A DNA stretch of 64,000 nt from a virus (lineage: Duplodnaviria; Caudoviricetes). Location of the stretch: the IMG/VR virus record IMGVR_UViG_3300037067_011215, positions 3,554 to 67,553 of that record; one strand, 5' to 3'. Below are positions 62,025-64,000 of the stretch, in pieces. Position 1 is the stretch's first letter. Every line of letters starts with the position of its first letter. A program made the position numbers and the translations under genes. Below the pieces are notes generated by a model. That model worked only from the letters and a program-made list of their open reading frames with translations, did no database searches and was not told the origin of the DNA.

Positions 62025-64000
62025 GTGACTGATTCGGCTCATATACAAACCAAGATGCAACAGTCCTTGTCTGAATCCAAGGATATATCGGCAATAGTCA
62101 TAACCAATCCCAAAACATCTCCTGTTCTCAATTACAGGACTGCTATCGATCCTGCTTTGATTGCTTCCAAGCCTATTCCGGTTGATCAGCGCGTCTTAGA
62201 CCTCGCCAATGAACCTGTTCCATCCTGGCTATCCTGGTATGCTACAGGGCTTGATCAAGCTGAAATCTGGTCTAAATCTTCTATCGGTCCTGGTGGAAAA
62301 CAGCAGGTCTTAATTGGCGATGGTCCCTGGGTTCATGATCTTGGAGCTACGTTGGATCTCCCTCAGCAAAGCGAAAATGATCTGTCGGATGATTGGCATA
62401 AAAATGTTGTTACTGATCTTGGTTCTACTGATGTCGTTGTTGCGGCATCTCTCCAATTTCCAAATATATCATTCCTTTCTGGTTTGTACCAATCTCAGAT
62501 GATTCTCTTTCCTGTTTCCGCCCGCCATATCGTAAAAACCCCAGATGGAACTATTCATGCCGTATGTTCCTATATAATTTCCAGCATTTCCAGGGTTGTT
62601 TATCTTAAAAGTGTTAATGGTGGTGAAACCTGGACTGCTACCATTGTTGATAATGGAGATGGTCATCATTATGTTCTTCCTTCTATTACATGTGACAAAA
62701 ATAATGGCATTCATATAACTTATACTCGATGGGATCAGGTAGATTTTCCTACATACTGGCTTTTCTGTGGTGCTACTACTCCTGACGGCTTTGAATTGGT
62801 TTCAAATAATGGTGGAGTTGGATATCATAGGATGCTTGGCGGTGAAACCGGATCTACTTATCCATCATTGGGCTATGATCCAGATACTTATAATGTTCAC
62901 GGTCATACTTTATATGTTTCTGGCGGAGAAGTTAATGGGTCCGTTGATAAATTATATGAAGGCATGGGTGCTGGTGGTATTTATGCTGCTTGGCATCATA
63001 CCGCATCTAATGTTACTATTTCCAATGAAACTCTTCTTCCTCCTAGCAGATCTCTTAAACTTCTTAGATATTATGGCATTCCCCCGGTTCTCCCTGTTGA
63101 TATTATAGTTCCATTTAATACTAATGTCCCTGCTGGATATTCCAGATACTCGGATCAAGATAATTATTTTATTTATTGCTCTGATTCTGTTGGAGATATC
63201 GTTGGTGCTGCTCAACATCGTCATTTAGTTTCGTATAATTTCAATGGAAACCAATATTGTCTTAGTGGTGGTTCTTCTGGTGGAACTACTGTTGTTGTCT
63301 GTGATCACGCTCATGCCGGATCTTTTTATACAAGTTATGCAAATAATTCTCCTCCGGCCTATGGTACTATACTTGGAAAGATTACTACTCCGCAAACAGT
63401 CATTTCTCAGAATTCCCTTCTCTTAGCCGGAAGTGCTGCTTTATTATCCTCTCTTACATCATTATCTGCTGCCGGTGAAGCTCTTAATGGAAAATTGCTT
63501 GTAGGTAAAACATCTTATTCTGATCTTGGTGGGTCGTGGTCTAATGATCATGATGATATTGCTACTGTCACTGCCCAAAAAACATCCGGTGCGTGTTTGA
63601 GTCGTATTTCTTTGTCTGGTTATGATACCAGTTGGGCTACTTGTGCTCATACACATAATATTAATGTCACTTTTGATCCATATACTGCTGCATTTTCAAG
63701 AATAATGCCTCATATTTACCGTGTCGATTCTCAAATCGATTGCTCTATCTATGGTAATGATCTATTTTATCGTTATATCTCCCCCTCCGGTTCACTGGCT
63801 GCGCCAGTGAACATCAGTTTGATAAAGACTTACTATCCTTCGTTCGAGGGAGTTTGTCTTGCAGATGGAAATGATGATTTGCATTTCCTTTGGTCTGCTC
63901 AGGGGCTTAATACTACCAAAAGTCGTGCAAGAGTGTCTTATAAAAAGATGACTTCTGGTTCTTTAGGTTCCAGGGTTGATTTGACGACTTCGGATAATCA
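62025..64000 (+). CDS. large spike/receptor-binding protein (BNR/Asp-box beta-propeller with fibre-like insert), 3' truncated; missing from ORF track
   Basis: Own translation: frame open to window end; RHIVKTPDGTIHAV, YLKSVNGGETWT (Asp-box), HxH motifs QHRH, DHAH, AHTH; GTG start after AGGT. Confidence 0.75.
   Translation, partial: MTDSAHIQTKMQQSLSESKDISAIVITNPKTSPVLNYRTAIDPALIASKPIPVDQRVLDLANEPVPSWLSWYATGLDQAEIWSKSSIGPGGKQQVLIGDGPWVHDLGATLDLPQQSENDLSDDWHKNVVTDLGSTDVVVAASLQFPNISFLSGLYQSQMILFPVSARHIVKTPDGTIHAVCSYIISSISRVVYLKSVNGGETWTATIVDNGDGHHYVLPSITCDKNNGIHITYTRWDQVDFPTYWLFCGATTPDGFELVSNNGGVGYHRMLGGETGSTYPSLGYDPDTYNVHGHTLYVSGGEVNGSVDKLYEGMGAGGIYAAWHHTASNVTISNETLLPPSRSLKLLRYYGIPPVLPVDIIVPFNTNVPAGYSRYSDQDNYFIYCSDSVGDIVGAAQHRHLVSYNFNGNQYCLSGGSSGGTTVVVCDHAHAGSFYTSYANNSPPAYGTILGKITTPQTVISQNSLLLAGSAALLSSLTSLSAAGEALNGKLLVGKTSYSDLGGSWSNDHDDIATVTAQKTSGACLSRISLSGYDTSWATCAHTHNINVTFDPYTAAFSRIMPHIYRVDSQIDCSIYGNDLFYRYISPSGSLAAPVNISLIKTYYPSFEGVCLADGNDDLHFLWSAQGLNTTKSRARVSYKKMTSGSLGSRVDLTTSDN

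Noticed and set aside
1-64000. Assignment as Borg or mini-Borg
   Set aside because: Shared traits (low GC, PEGA, GTs, PolB, in-ORF repeats) are generic; intergenic tandem-repeat arrays and metabolic genes are absent here. Cannot be decided without homology searches.

Overview
AT-rich, densely coding DNA that reads as most of the genome of a large archaeal virus or virus-like element. The host is probably a Methanosarcinales-type methanogen or ANME: archaeal PolB with a C-terminal PIP box, a DUF1699-like protein, a methanogen-type ThyA and wHTH, and GGAGG/GGTGA ribosome sites. 1.4-29 kb (minus strand) holds replication, recombination and nucleotide genes: PolB, NrdG-like, ThyA-like, an intein-split SF2 helicase with an out-of-frame LAGLIDADG gene, Rad52-like, SSB, two AEP primases and a PD-(D/E)XK nuclease. 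It also holds a long run of small accessory ORFs. 29-64 kb holds virion-like genes in alternating orientation: giant helical proteins, PEGA/Ig-like proteins, an SNase-PEGA fusion, two jelly-roll-like capsid candidates, glycosyltransferases, and beta-helix and beta-propeller spikes. I saw no terminase, portal, HK97 capsid, integrase, tRNA or CRISPR array. The most unusual signals are: (1) about 18 GC-rich near-perfect hairpins, many placed exactly between a stop codon and the next Shine-Dalgarno site; (2) a perfect 78-nt four-way junction at 21787-21864; (3) a fractured intein whose C-half is overprinted on a homing endonuclease gene; (4) a pyrimidine-rich + strand regardless of gene direction; (5) a 35-bp inverted repeat around a two-gene cassette; (6) a compressed FTR-like Cys motif; and (7) possible double-jelly-roll capsids combined with an RNA-primed PolB/primase-helicase replisome. 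All family calls come from motif recognition by eye; no database search or folding computation was run.
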